A DNA stretch of 64,000 bases, taken from assembly GCF_030028105.1 (NCBI RefSeq), contig NC_092371.1, forward strand, positions 132,314,766 through 132,378,765, given 5' to 3'. How positions within the stretch are numbered: position 1 is the stretch's first letter; every line of letters starts with the position of its first letter. The stretch comes from Mobula birostris. Taxonomy: Eukaryota. Made by a program: the position numbers and the translations under genes. This document shows positions 25,947 through 39,849 of the stretch, in pieces. The notes under the pieces were generated by a model. The model was not told the origin of the DNA. It saw nothing but the letters and a program-made list of their open reading frames with translations, and made no database searches.

Positions 25947-27235
25947 GTGCGGGCTGGGGGCTGTAGCACGGGGCGTCGATGCTCGGCGCCTTGGACTTGG
26001 AGCAGACTCGATGAGCCGAATGGCCCAATTCTGCTCCTGAGTCTAACGTGGTGTTCGGGAGGGGCTTGGGCAGCACGGTGTCTCGGCCGGGACCGAATGG
26101 CTGGGGACGCCTCGAGGGCTTGTGCCGCCGAACTGGGGAAACACAGGCAGGCTGTGCGGTGGTCGTCTGCCGGTCAATGCATCCGGGGGCAGGGTCTGAG
26201 CCGTCAGGAAGCCCTGTCAAACACTGCCAGCAGGAGGCCATGCGGCCCATCATTCCTGTACTGGTTGGAGAGTTACCCAGCCTCTCCCCCTTCCAGTCGT
26301 AGCTTCTCCAAACTTCAAATGTTTGCATCTGATGAGGGGTTTCTGCTTCAACCATCTTTTGAGACAAGTTTTTTCCCTCTTACTAAATTGTTTTTAATTG
26401 CTGCTTCCACTTCTGTTGATCTCTCCCTATTGCTAAAGAAAATGAGTGCTTTCTTTGTGATGTTTGCATGTTTTATGTAACTATGTGCGTTTGATAATAG
26501 GTTTTTTATTGTTTCGTGTACTGTGGTACAGTGAAAGCGTTTTATTTGTATGCCATCCAAACATCAATTCATATACATCACGAGTGTACTAGAGGAAAAC
26601 AATAAAGTAATGCAGAATTCCATCACCGTTACCGAGAAAGTACAAAGTAGACAAATAAGGTGCAAAGGCCATTTCTCCAGTTCCTCTGTTCTCCCCACCA
26701 CCAATCTCAAAAACCTGTGGGTTGGTTGATTAATTAACTGCTGTAAACAGTGTGGGTGAGTGACAGAATCTGGGTGAGATACTGGGAGTATTGGGAGAAA
26801 GGTTATAGGGAAAATTGGCTGGTAGAGACTTGGAACCTGAAACTACATGTCCAAGGGAGTGGGGGAGGCAGTCTTACTTTGAACATTCGGAAGCACTTGA
26901 ATCAGAAGGGGGTAGATTATGGACCAAGAGGTTTAGCACAGAGTGTACCTGATGGTCAGTATGGATGTCATAGGCTCCTCAGACCATCTAGTCTACAACA
27001 AAATGGCCTGTTTCTATTCTCTGTGATTCTATTAAATAAGATGGTGGGGGGGGGAAGGTGTTGAACTGACCCATTGCTATTCAAATTAATCCCTAGCTTA
27101 CCCTCCTTCCATAGACAGACAGGAAATGAGGAAAAAGTAAATGCCTTACCAGTAACTTGATTTCTCCTCCAGTATTATTGCATGTTAACTAGAGTGCATT
27201 GATTTCCCAGTGTTCTCATAGTCTCTCTCTTTCAG

Positions 27236-27318
27236 GATTTTATAATGCAACAGACAATGCTGAGAGTGAAGGATCCGAAAAAATCTCTTGATTTTTACAC
27301 CAGAATCATTGGAATGAC
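27236..27318 (+). CDS. GLO1: Glyoxalase I exon 2 (83 nt)
   Basis: ctctttcag| [27 protein letters not shown](T) |gtaagg. Confidence 0.97.
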
Positions 27319-30300
27319 GTAAGGAACATTAAAAATTGAGTAAATAATAAAAAAAAAGAAAGTGAGCAAGTGATTTAGAGTTGAGAGTGAGAGTAAAAAG
27401 CACTCAAGGAGCCCACAGGTTAAACAAAATGAAACACACCATTGAGTTTGTCTGATCTGTAGTTACTTTCTGGGGTGTTGGCGTGTGTTACCTAAAAAGT
27501 GAAATGATCCAATTTGCTTTCTGATGTTGACTAATCTGAGGTATATTTCCCACATTTTTCTGCTGATGGTATCTCTCTCTACGTCAGTTGCTTTCATTTT
27601 TGTGCTAAAATAATTGCCTTTCTAAATAGTTTTCCTAAAAGAATGTCCCATTTTATTTGTTCAGTGCATGTTCTGATTCAGGTACTTGCAAGTAAACACA
27701 TGTCAGAAATGTCTACATTATGTTAATATTACTCATTAATATTTCCCAACGTACCTCCTTGTTAGAGCATGGGTTACTGTCACACCTCAGACAGAGTGCT
27801 GTGTGATCTGGGTCTTGTGTGACATTTTGTTCCAGTGATAGTTTTGCTCCCGAATCGTTGTATATCAACACTTCACCACACTGTTTCATTTGATCTCCCA
27901 GCATTTGTAGAACCACAGAAACGTTACAGAAATGAAGGAGACCATTTGGCCCATCATGTCTAGGCCAGATCGATGCAAGAGCAATCCAACTCATCCCATT
28001 CCCCACAGTCCTGTACATTTACCTTGCTTGCCGTGTTTGTCATTCTCCACTGAACAGCAACTCATGTTCTGCCTAGGTAGTCTAAAACCTGATGGCATGA
28101 ACAGGGAGACAGAGGTAACCTGCTCTCCCTCTGTCCTCACCTACCCAAGTCCTCCGACACACATTCACTTCCTTCCAATTCCCCTCTCTCCACAGCCCGC
28201 CCCCCGTAACCCAGTTTCTTTCCCCTCACCCATTCACTCCATTACCCATTTATCACCCACACTCTCCTCCTACTGTTCCCATCTGTCCATCTCACCTCCC
28301 TTATTTGGTTCCATGATCCATCGATCAGATTCCATCATTTTCAGTCTTTTATGCCTCCACCTATCACTATCTCCACTCCTCCCTCCTCCATCTGCTATCA
28401 CCCCTCCTCACCTGGACCCACCTACTGTATTTGTCTCTCTTCCTGGCCTCTCTATTTTGGCTATTTGACATGCTGAGTTCCTCCAGCAATTTGTTTTCAG
28501 CCACCCCCCCCCCCCACCACCGCTAATCTTGGCAGTGCATTCCAAATTTTAACAACTTCCTACATTTATTTAAAACAAGTTGTACTTAAATAACTTCTGG
28601 TTCCTTTGGCCAGTTCGGGACCTCTTTGCCAGTGGTTTCGCCCCAGCCACATCCTTCACGATGATAAATATCTTCATCAGACCTACCTTCACACTTCTCT
28701 GTTCCAAGATAAACAAACCCAGTCTCCCCAGTAACTACAATCCCTTTTCCTTGCAACTAATTTGATACATCTCTTCACCCTGTCCAAAGTCATCACGTCT
28801 TTCCTAATGAGTGGCTCCCAGGACTGAACACCTGTGTGACTATTGTTTCAGTAAAGATTCCTCGTGGAGGGAGTTCAGACACCTTTGCTCTGTGAACTTA
28901 CCCCTTTATAAATTAATCCAACTGTTCCAGTTTATTGTTATCAAAGGCATAAATGCCTTTAAAGATGAGATTTCTGGAGCAGCAGCACAGTACAGTAGAT
29001 TACCAGATGAAGATAAATATCAGTTAGCATTAGTGTGAATGAAGATAAATTACAGAAATATGTACCCAGTGAGTGCCCTGGGCCCTCCTCTTCCTGCTGT
29101 GGTATATTTAGCTACACAGGCAGAAATTACTTGGGAACTATTGCATTTTGCTAGCTATCACTTTTTAAAATGCACTTTTACCTATCAGTGATTTGGGATT
29201 TAGCCCAAGTCCAGGATTGAATTTTATTTGGTGTCTGTCCTCTCTGAACTTCATTGTGTAGAAAAGGTTTAAGTACACCCTGCCTTTTGGAAGGGTATAT
29301 CCAGCTGAGGCAGGGCCTGGGCTTCTCCTTTGATCTTGCTGGGTTAAACGTTACTTAGTTGGCATTAAAAAAAAATCCAATCCAATAAATTCAACACAAC
29401 AAGTCAATTGCCTGGAGGATGTGACAGCTGGTTCTGTTATAAAGTGCCTTTAACAATGAAAGGGTGCCCCAAGATACTTCATAGGAACAGAAAAACAAGA
29501 GCAAAGATTGGCCATTTGGCCCTTTGAGCCTGATCTGGCATTAACTGTGATCACGGCTGATCCTTTGTCTCAGTACCACATTCCTGTTTCCTCCCCACCA
29601 TCCTTAGAGCCCTGTGAACATAGAACACTGCAGCACGATACAGGCATGATGTTGTGCCAACCTTTTAACCCGCTGAAAATCAGACCAACCCTTCCCTGCT
29701 ACATAACCCTCCACTTTTCTCTGGGTTTATAAATCTGTCCATTTCCTTGAGTACTTTCGCAGAGAATTCTACAGGTTACCCACCCTTTGAGTGAAGAAAT
29801 TTCTCCTCATTTTACTTTTAAATTTCTCGCCCAGTGGCCTGAGATTGTGAGCATTCATTCTGGGTGAGACTTCCTCCTGCGTTTATGGTTGTTCTCAGTG
29901 TGAATAGTACAAACATCTCTGGACTTACGGATAGGGAGTGGGGCTGTGGCTCAGTGCCTGTCGGGAAGATGAATTCTGAAAGTATTCCTTGCTTGTGCCT
30001 GAACCGATGTCCTTTGTTTGGCGTCTGCATGGTTGCCCGTAGCTAGGCCTCTGAGTATGATCAAGGGTGTGTGTCTTTTAACTGAGCCCAGCAGGAGTCA
30101 AAATGAGTGGATGGGAAATGGAATCCTGTGCAGTTCACTGGTGTGTGAAGCCACGGTCTCCCTCTACCTCCTCCCTCGTGCTGAGTGAGTCATACAACAT
30201 AAAGAGGCCCTTCAGCCATGCTGTTCAAATTACCCATTTTACCCATATCCCAATGAACCTTTCCTGTCCACGTTTTTCTCTGCCTCAATCACTTTCTCAT

Positions 30301-30690
30301 TTCATATAGCCACCATCCTCTGTAGAAAAAGTTGCCCCTCATGTTCCTGTTAAATCTTTCCCCCCTCACCCTCAACGTATGCTCTCTGGTCCTTGATCCC
30401 CCAATCCTGTGGGAAAACAATGTCTTCATACTATCTGTACCATTCAGTATTTTACACGCCTCTGTGAGGTTGCCCTCGGCCTGTCGTGCTCCAAGGAATA
30501 AAGTCCCAGCCTGTTCACCCACTTGCTGTAACCCAGTCCCCTGAGATCAGTAAATCTTTCCTGCGCTCATTGCAGTTTATCGACTCATCAGGACCTACTC
30601 CTCCTTTTCCTGGGACCTTACACCACTGCTACTCCGTTCTGTGCTGTCCATGCTCTTTCTCTAATGGTTATTTTTCCAACTTGCTCCTAG

Positions 30691-30831
30691 ACTGCTGCAG
30701 AAAGTTGATGTTCCCTCGATGAAATTCACACTCTTCTTTCTGGGTTTTGAGGACAAAAAGGAAATCCCAACAGAAAAGAACGAGCATACGGCCTGGACCT
30801 TCTCTCGGAGGGCTACCATTGAGCTGACGCA
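30691..30831 (+). CDS. GLO1: Glyoxalase I exon 3 (141 nt)
   Basis: ctcctag| LLQKVDVPSMKFTLFFLGFEDKKEIPTEKNEHTAWTFSRRATIELT(H) |gtgagt. Confidence 0.97.
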
Positions 30832-33337
30832 GTGAGTGCAGCAGGGTGCTGAACGGGGGCGGGGGGGGGGTGCTGCAGTACTGAGAGCATGCAGGCGTTT
30901 TGTCCACGTCAGATTCTCCTGCCTGCTGGATATTCCACTGGTTACCAGAAGCATCCAGTGTTTTCCTTTGTAAAGTCCGATGGCACTGTGAATTGTAGCC
31001 CATCGCCAGGCATGTTCTGTATACACAGCTGGTTCTCCACATGCAGCTTGGCTTTCTTATGAAGTTATATTCGCTAATGTGCACTGGTGCGGAAATGTGC
31101 AAAACTCACTAATACAGTCTGGTAGAGAAGGCACAGGGCGCAGTGCTGGAAAATTCGCTGAGTACAGGTGGATAGCAGAGGCACAATGGGGTGAAGGGCC
31201 TGGTTCCATAACCTATGACTCTATTTTCACTGGTACCTTTAGTGCTGTAAACTGTCCTAAGTCGTAATATTCTCAACAAGTCACGTGTGCCAGGTCTGGC
31301 CAAGGAGGGAGATTCTGAAAAGAATCTGAGAGTGATAGAGATTACTGGGAAATTAATTCCCAGCTTGGGGCCAAGACACGATCACCAATATGTGAGGTAA
31401 AATTGAAGATGGACAAGATGCAGGAGTGAGAGCGAATGTGAGGGGTTCTGGACTGGCAAGGTAGAAGGCCTCAAGACTGGGGGTTTGGAAAGTGGGGTTA
31501 GGCTTTCAAACTGAGGTGCAGAAGCTGATGTGGGTCATTGAGCCCAGGGTGGTCTTGACAGTACATGTGAGGTGGGAACCAGCTGGGAAGGGCAAGGCCC
31601 AAATGGCTGCCCTACGCAAGAATCCTGGTGACCTTCAACTGAACCTGGAATTGGTCTTTTCCCCCCTCACTGGAGATTTTTATCCATTCACTGTAGACTC
31701 CTAATTCCCCTACTTCATCCTTCCTCCCCTCCTGGTTCCGTCCACCTACCCATCACACAGTTCACCCTCCACCCTGGCTTCCCATCTCCCTCATCTGGTT
31801 CATGGTTCCATTTGTCTTGCCTCTTCCTGATAATGGTTCCCAATATTCACATCTATTTGTCAGATTCCAACACTGGTAGACCTTGTGTTCCTCCAGCTGT
31901 TGTCTCCACCTTCATCTTCCCCTGCCCTCAGCTGGTTCCCGGTTCTACCTACCCCTTTTTGCCTGCCTCAATCTATCGTGCTCCTGCTTCAGATTTCCAA
32001 CTCTATCACCACCCCACTCCTAATCTAACTCCATCTGCCCATCATCCTTCACCCCACCCCACTTCATCTACCAATCACTTCCAGCTCCTGTCTTACCCTT
32101 GCTCCTTTCCTCTCTATACTGGCCATCATCCCTGTTCACTCAGTCAGGGTTTCAACCTGAAATATCAGCTATTCCTCTCTCCCCACCCACAAGTGCTGCT
32201 TGGGTCACTGAGTTCCTCCAGCAGATTGTCGGTCCACATTCCAGTTCTTGTCTCCCTTGCACTGACCTGACAATCCTCTGGATAGGGACCTTTTCTCATA
32301 CCCCATTATCAGGATTGCATGGAGTTGCTGCCAGAACTCTGTAAGGGAGCCCACAGAATAAGGGTTGTGCTCATTGTCCAGCACTCATGGGTCCAAAAAG
32401 GACTGTCCTTCTCTCATTGTGATAAACATAGAATGTGACAATGAACTGTTCTCTGACTGCAGAGACCTCCTGACAGGTAACAGATGACTGGGCAGATTGG
32501 CTTCTGGTCTTGTCTTTGATTGCATATGTCTGTGTAGAGAAAGCTGTGTATAAACTGAAGATGTTGAAAAAGATTTTAATAGGGAGGACTGGAGGGGCAA
32601 GGAGAAGAAGTTTACAGTAGTTGTGGAGAATAAGGAATGGAAACTTGGCAACCAGCACAGAAGGAGGAGTGAAGGCATGGGCCAGGGGCTGATGGACAGG
32701 GTGAGGGTGCTGGCTGAGGTAGTAAAGAGTTAACTGGTGTGGCATGAATGGAGGAGACTTGAAGTTCAGATATCCTGGTATAAAGTTCCTGCTGGAAGAC
32801 CATTAAGCTACTATCTATATTTCTGGTCATGCTTATGAGATCAACAGAGGAGATCGAAGGATGGCAGCAGTACTGGAGCATGTTAACTAGAGGCATTTGT
32901 CCAGTAGAGATGGACATCTTGGCTTTGTGCTAAATAACACTAACACTGTGGTACTGTGTAAAGTTACTGAAAGTGGCCACTTCCCCAACAGAGCAGTAAC
33001 TGGGCACGGGGAAGATTGAAAGATTGGGGTAGGATCTGAGGAATTTCTTCTCATCCAGGCAGTGTTGGGTGTTAAAACTTGCTGTCTGGATTGTTGGTGA
33101 AGGCAAAAGCTCCCACCACGCATACAGGTCAGTCTGCCAAGAACACGACTGAAAGCTGGGGAGATCCACTCCATTGCTGTTGATCAGATGGTGAGGCTCA
33201 AATGGGCTCTTTCTCTTTGATGAACTGAATGATGGTACGAAGCTAGTGAAGCTGCCATCCTTGGGTGGGCCAGTTGATGAGGGAATGTGCCAGGGGGAGC
33301 GGCTTCCTGATCATTCACTATTTTTTGTACTTTGTAG

Positions 33338-33405
33338 CAACTGGGGCACAGAGGTGGATGAAAACCAGGCCTACCACAATGGCAATTCTGACCCCAGAGG
33401 ATTTG
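33338..33405 (+). CDS. GLO1: Glyoxalase I exon 4 (68 nt)
   Basis: tttgtag| [22 protein letters not shown](G) |gtaagc. Confidence 0.97.
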
Positions 33406-33951
33406 GTAAGCCTAGTCCCCTTGATTCTCCTAAAAGCTTTGCAGGTCATTTGGCCAAATGGGAACAAAATTCCTATATCAGGAGGTCTGTCCTCTGCTTT
33501 CTATGTAGCTCTGAGTAGGGGGTGTGGTGGGGAGGGGTTGGCAAGAGGTCATGGTGGTGGTCTACAGTCAGATTTCTCGACTGGGCTTGTTAACAGTCTT
33601 GGTGTGTTCTCGGGGTGAGAGGAAATCACAGGTTCCTACTCTAGATCCATCTGCTTGGGAATGTGTTCCTTGCCTTTCCTATTGCCAGTCTGTGCCTGAT
33701 AGAATCATACAATTCAACAGTGGAGGCAATTTGGCCCATGGTAAGTGATTGGTGCTGGACCGAGCTCTGATTCCTATTTATAGGCTTACTTTGAAGGAGG
33801 TGGCTTCTGCAGCACCAAGTTTGGACGCTACAATTTGGGGAGTTGGTGATTGTCCCTCCTTGTACTGCGACAATGACAAGTGGCTGCATATTCAATCGTC
33901 TCAGGTAGTCAGTGCTTTGAATTTTCATCTGGAGATGCTCCTTACCTGCAG

Positions 33952-34041
33952 GTCACTTGGGCATTGCTGTCCCTGACGTTTATGCAGCATGTAAGCGGCT
34001 TGAGGAACTCGGAGTAAAGTTTGTGAAGAAGGTGGATGATG
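33952..34041 (+). CDS. GLO1: Glyoxalase I exon 5 (90 nt)
   Basis: cctgcag| [30 protein letters not shown](G) |gtgagt. Confidence 0.97.
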
Positions 34042-34645
34042 GTGAGTCCTTTTGTCTCTGTGCTTTCCGGTATGACAACAGTTGAATGTACTGACAGAAT
34101 AAATTCCAGATCCTTATTATACTCAGCAGGTCAGGCAGTATCTGTGGAGAAAGAAAAAGAGTCAATATTTTGGGTTGATGACCTTTTGTCGTAACTGAAA
34201 ATGTGAGAAAGTGAGACAGAGGGCAAAGAAAACAGAAAATGATTGGACTGGGGTGGTGAAGTAAGCTTGTCCAGGCGGCACAATGCTTTTAGTGCTGAGC
34301 AAATGGATCTGTCATAAACATGGGCAGATGAATCAAGGCAAGTGGATACCGTGCTGGAACTGGACATCTATGTCTCTGTCCTAATACAGACTGTTCCTCT
34401 TGTTTTCCAATTCCCTCCCATCTCTACAACTTAAAAGCTCACTTGCTTATTGTTCCAGTTCTGAAAAATTAACTGATTCTCATTCCACAGACACTGCCTA
34501 CCCTGCTGATTGTTTCCAACATCTTTTGTTCATACTTCCAACATGTTTTTTATTTCTGCGTTCCTTTTGTTCCAGGGCAAGTAAGGTGAGGGGAGGTGGT
34601 GAGAAAATATGCAAACCAGTGCAATCCGTTTTGTTTTTGCTTCAG

Positions 34646-34734
34646 GTAAAATGAAGGGGCTCGCTTTCATCCAGGATCCAGATGGTTATTGGATAGAGAT
34701 TCTCAGCCCAAACCAAATGCTTAAGATAGTATGA
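34646..34734 (+). CDS. GLO1: Glyoxalase I exon 6 (terminal)
   Basis: gcttcag| [32 protein letters not shown]. The six exons total 546 nt (181 aa + stop), and all four metal ligands (Q, E, H, E) are present. Confidence 0.97.
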
Positions 34735-35346
34735 ATTGTGGAGCACGAACTCGACAACAATTTGGATTCTTCAATACAGAGCAGTTGTCATTGAACCTAT
34801 GCAGCGTGAGATTTAATAGAGTTTTTGTGACCTGGCATTTTTAATGCTCATCTTTAGGTGGTCACTACCAGCTTCCTGGGAAATTATGAGCTCATTAATT
34901 AACAAGGATGATTGAAGCTTAAATTTTCTGTAGGCATGAAGTCTCCAAAAAACATTTGTGTGAAACCTTTGACTAATCCTAGTGTACAGAAGTACAAATT
35001 CCTCAGTGATTTCTAATATTTGCTTGGATTACCTCTTAATTTCAGCAAAGGGGGCAGAAGATAGAAGGTTGAATTCTTTTGCGGCACATAAAATGTTTAA
35101 GGTTCTAAATCCACATTTCCACTTCTATTGAAGTGGTTTCAAACTGCAGTGTAATTGTAAATTCAGTGCAAAATGGTTGGATTAAATCACTCTCTGTAAT
35201 CATAATTAGCGATTTTGATTCAAACTTGTTAGAAAACCATGAAGTGTCTTGTCAATTAGTGGAGATAATCTGAGAGCCATTGCTATTTAAAATTGCAATC
35301 AAGAATTGTTGTTGAAATTTGGTTCCCTTCTTCCATCTAGCCTTAA

Positions 35347-35633
35347 AATAAATTCTAATTAGGGTGGGAAAATCTAGTCCCAAAACTGTAGATTATAATC
35401 TGTCATCACAGCCCAGGGATTTCATTTGTGTAAAGCATACCCAGGCTGCTCGCTCATTAAAATCTTGTTGGTATTTAAACTGTCTTAATCAGGAAGATAT
35501 GCTTTTGTGTTTTGATAACATCAGTGTGCCAGGCACACTCTTGGCACAGTCTTGATGAGAATTTGTAGATTAACTGAGTAGTGATTTATGTTAAATAACA
35601 ATTATTATCACGTAGATCCTAATCTATAATAAA
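35347..35633 (+). terminator. Candidate GLO1 polyadenylation signals
   Basis: AATAAA at 35347-35352 and 35628-35633. Confidence 0.5.
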
Positions 35634-36669
35634 TGTTTACTTCGCTGTTGATTTCCAGAATTAGACTTTTTAAAAATCAAATGTAAGCTGGACTTGAGAT
35701 CCTTTTGAATTAATAGACCCAAAATTGTTTCCCTGTACTTCGGCACACCAACAAATCCACTTCCTGTTTGTACAGCACCACTCTCCTGAAGAATGGAAAC
35801 ACTCTGACCGTGCAGCCCAATTGAAATTGGTTTATTGTTGCATGTACCAAGGTACATTGAAAACTTGTTTTGCATGCCATCCATACAGATCATTTAACTG
35901 CAATATTGCATTGGGGTAATAATATAAAACAATAACAACACAAGATAAGTGTTACAGAGGAAGTCCACAGAGGGTGCAAGGCTATAATCAGGCAGATTTT
36001 GAGGTCCAGGGTCCATCTTATCAGGAGACCAAAGGGGAATGTTCAATAGACTTATTACAGTGAGATAGAAAATCATTGAACCTGGCTTTATATCTGCTTG
36101 ATTGGAGGGGAGGGAGAGTGAGCATCTGGAATGGGTGGGTGTTTAATCATGTTGGCTGCTTTGCAGAGTCCATGGTGGGGAGGCTAGTTTCTGTGATGTG
36201 TTGGAACTATATCCACAACTCTTATCATTCCTTCCCTTCACAGGCTGTCTAGTTGCCATATCAAGCTGTGGATGCTTTCTGTGGTACATTGATTAAAAAT
36301 TAATGGGGGTTAAAAGAGATATTGCCAAAAAAAAATTAAATCATTTTCATCAAATGGCTTTTCCCGATTGAACCAAGTGTCTGCAATCCCTACAGAGGCC
36401 ACTGGCCAACATGTCTGTTACTAAAAGTCATAACCAATCCCACTGTAATGTTCTTCCCCACAGTTTTGTGCCTCCTCTGTATCAAGTATTGCTCTGATTT
36501 TCCATCTTTTAAAGAAGCAGGACAGTCTCTAACTTTTAAGTAAGTTTAATGCATATTTTTAGAAATATGTTTCATTCTCAAATGTTATCATTATTCTCAG
36601 TAAATCAATATATCATTTCTAATCTTCCTACACAATTTACATTGAGTTATCAGTATTTTCCCTGTATAC

Positions 36670-39250
36670 ACAAACCATTTGATGTGAGTTCCAGCTGCTT
36701 TTGTACAACAGTGAGAGGACCTGAAACCGGACTCTAACTATGGAACCTCTGGCAACAGCACTGAACTTAGTGTCCCCCAACACGTAGTCCTGAACCTTGG
36801 AACACATTGCTATGATTGTGGACAGTTCCTTATAATTCTGCTGCAATTGGCTTATCTTGACATGTGCCCCTGAGAACAGACCATACGTCATAGACCTCCT
36901 CTTCACAGATGTATAGTCAGATATTCCATCTCGCCTCTCACTTACTCTTTATATATCTGAAAAAATTCTTGCATCGTCTTTTATATGATTGGCTAGCTTA
37001 CCTTCATAGTTATCATGTTTTTTTAGTTGCCTTCTGTTAGCTTTTAAAAGCTGCCCAATCTGCTAGTTTACCACTAATTTTTGCTTAATTGTATGCTCTG
37101 TCTTATTCTCTTATGGTGTCGATCACAGTTGCCTCATCCTTCCTTTAGAATACATCTTTGGGACGTATCTATCCTTCACTTTCCAGACTGCCCCAAGAAA
37201 CTCTAGCCATTGCTGTTCTGCCACCATCCCTGCGAGTTTCCCCTTCCAATCAATTTTGACCATCTCCTCTATCATGCCTCTGTAATTCTCTTTACTGTAA
37301 TACCGATACATCTGACTTTCTCTTCTCCCTGTCAAACTGTAGGGTGAATTCTATCATTATTATCGCTGCCTCCTCAGAGTTCCTTTACCTTAAGATCCCT
37401 AATCGTTAAACAACACCCAATCCAGAATTGCCTTTTCCCTAGTGGGCTTAACTACAGGCTGTAAAAAGCCATCTTGTAGGCATTCTAAAAAGTTATTCTC
37501 TTTGGTTCCAGCACCAACCTGATTTTCCCAATTTATCTGCATATTAAAATTCCCATGACTATTGTAATATTGCCCTTTTTACATGCCTTTTCTATCTCTT
37601 TTTGTAGTTTGTACTCCACATCCTGGCTACTGTTCAGAGGGCTGTATGTAACTTAAATCAGGGTTTTCATACCCTCACAGTTTATTAACTCTATCCACAA
37701 AGGTTCTACATCTACCAATCCTATGTCACCTCTTTCTAAGGATTTAATTTCACTTTTTACCAATAGAGCTACCTCACTCCCTCTGCCTACCTGTGTGCCC
37801 TCTCCTGTCCATATAACGTCTATCCTTGCATGATGAACTCCCAACTATCATCTTCTTTCAACAATGACTCCGTGATGCCCACAATGTCATACCTGCCAAT
37901 TTCTAACTGCAGTACAAGATCTACTTCTGTCTGCATACTGCACGCATTCAAATATAACATCTTCAGTCCTGTATTCATAAACCTTTTCAATTTTGCCCTT
38001 GTTACCGGAAGTTAAATTCTAATTTTTTTCTTGTTATTTATTCTGAAGACTTTCATTATCTCCCCTGCACTCTCCATCCCTTTTACATTATCCTCATTTC
38101 TTGAAACTGTTGAACTTACTGTTTAGCTTAAAGACACTTCAACCTATTCCCACTAACTGCAATTTTGCCCCATCAAGTGCTTATCCTTCTTCACAATCTC
38201 ACTACACACATCTATTTGTATACCAACTGCCCATTCTCTGTCCTATCACACCATTTCCCGTTCTGCCAAATTAGTTTAACTCCTCCCCAACAGCTGGAGG
38301 AAACCTGCCACAAGGATATTAGTTCCCGAGTTCAGGTGTAATCTGTCCTTTTTGTATTGGTCATACCTTCCCCAGAAGAGGTCCCAATGATCTAAAAATC
38401 TGAAACCCTACGTCCTGCATCAACTCCTCAGTCACACATTCATCTACCAAATCATCCTATTCTTAACTTCACTGGTCCATGACACAGGCAGCAATCCAGA
38501 GATTATTACCCTGCTTTTTCACAATTCCATTTAGCTGCCTATATTTTCCTTTTTCCTGCTATGTAGTTGGTACAAATATGTACCATGCATTCTGGCTGCT
38601 CAGCTTCCCCATTTAGAATGGGGTGGACCCAACCCAAGATGTCCCTGACCCTGTCACCTGGAAGGCAACACACCATCCAGGCATCTGTTTCACATCCACA
38701 GAATCTCCTGTCTGCTTTGACTTACTGAGGCCCTCCGTTGGTCAGGGTGAACCATGGATATTGTGCCCTAGACATCTACGTATCCCTCTGACTATTGAAT
38801 CCCTTATCACTACTGCACTCCTCCCTCACTTCCCTTCTGAGCCTCAGAGAGCAGGACTCAGTGTCAGAGATCTGGTGGCTGTGGCTTTCCCCTGATAGAT
38901 TGTTCTCCCTCCCCAACAGTAACCAAAGTGGTATATTTATTATTGAGGAGATTTGCTACAGGGTACTCTACAATATCTGCCTATTCCCTTTCCCTCCCTT
39001 GACAGTCACCCAGCTACCTGCATCCTGCGACTTACTGGTGACTGCCTCCCTGTAGCTCTTATCTATCACCTTCTCCCTCTCCTCCCAGGTGAGCCAGTCA
39101 TCCACCTGCAGCTCTAGTTCCCCAATATGATTTGAAAGGAGCTGCTACAGCTGGATGCACCTTGTGCAAATGTAGTTACCAGGGCAGTGGAGGTGTCTCA
39201 GAGCTCTCACGCTGACCCTGGACCCATTTCCACTAGAAAGAAATAAACTT
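36670..39250 (-). mobile_element. Decayed CR1 LINE 5' half (ORF1 and APE endonuclease region)
   Basis: EVALLVKSEIKSLERGDIG..VEPLWIEL (endonuclease region) and NYRGMIEEMVKIDW; ORF1-like remnants at about 38200-39200. Confidence 0.7.
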
Positions 39251-39849
39251 ACCTAGCACCTTCACCTCTTCTCACCTAAACATTTTGAGCCTAAGCCTGA
39301 AACTAACCACTCTAACACTGTCCCATTCCCACAGTGTCCGATCAGTTTAAACCTAATTTATTTTTATTGACCTTTGCCAAGTACCTAATAAATTGCAATT
39401 GAAGCCCATCAGAAAGTCCCAAAAGCCCCACTTTCTTTTTTTAATATATACTGCCAAGACAGTATTTGTAGTGAAGACTGTACTATCCACTGATGACAGG
39501 TACGAAGGGCCATTACTGAGCTGTGCTGTGTGTTTTAAATTGCCTTCACTGGCTGCATATTCACTCAGTGTATGATGGTCACTGCCAGGCCATCCCTGAA
39601 TGGGGTGAAGGAGCCAGTTAGCTGTGCAATTACGTAAAAATCTAGCTTGCATTATTTGGCACTTCAAAAGGCCTGACAAACTGGTAGTGTGAAAGGATCT
39701 TCAAGGGCTAAAGTACCAGAGTACCTATTTATCATTAAGCTATCTTGGTCCATCCTACTATGTACATGCACCAGACTTGTACATTTCCACGTTTCATTGC
39801 TGAGGCAAAGGGATACAAGAACAACCCAAAGCTTCAACCATCCCTTTGA

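Noticed and set aside
25866-26480. 204-aa ORF at the GLO1 start
   Set aside because: It is GLO1 exon 1 read through the donor at 25946 into intron 1, including a CR1 tail fragment (WSRLDEPNGPILLL).
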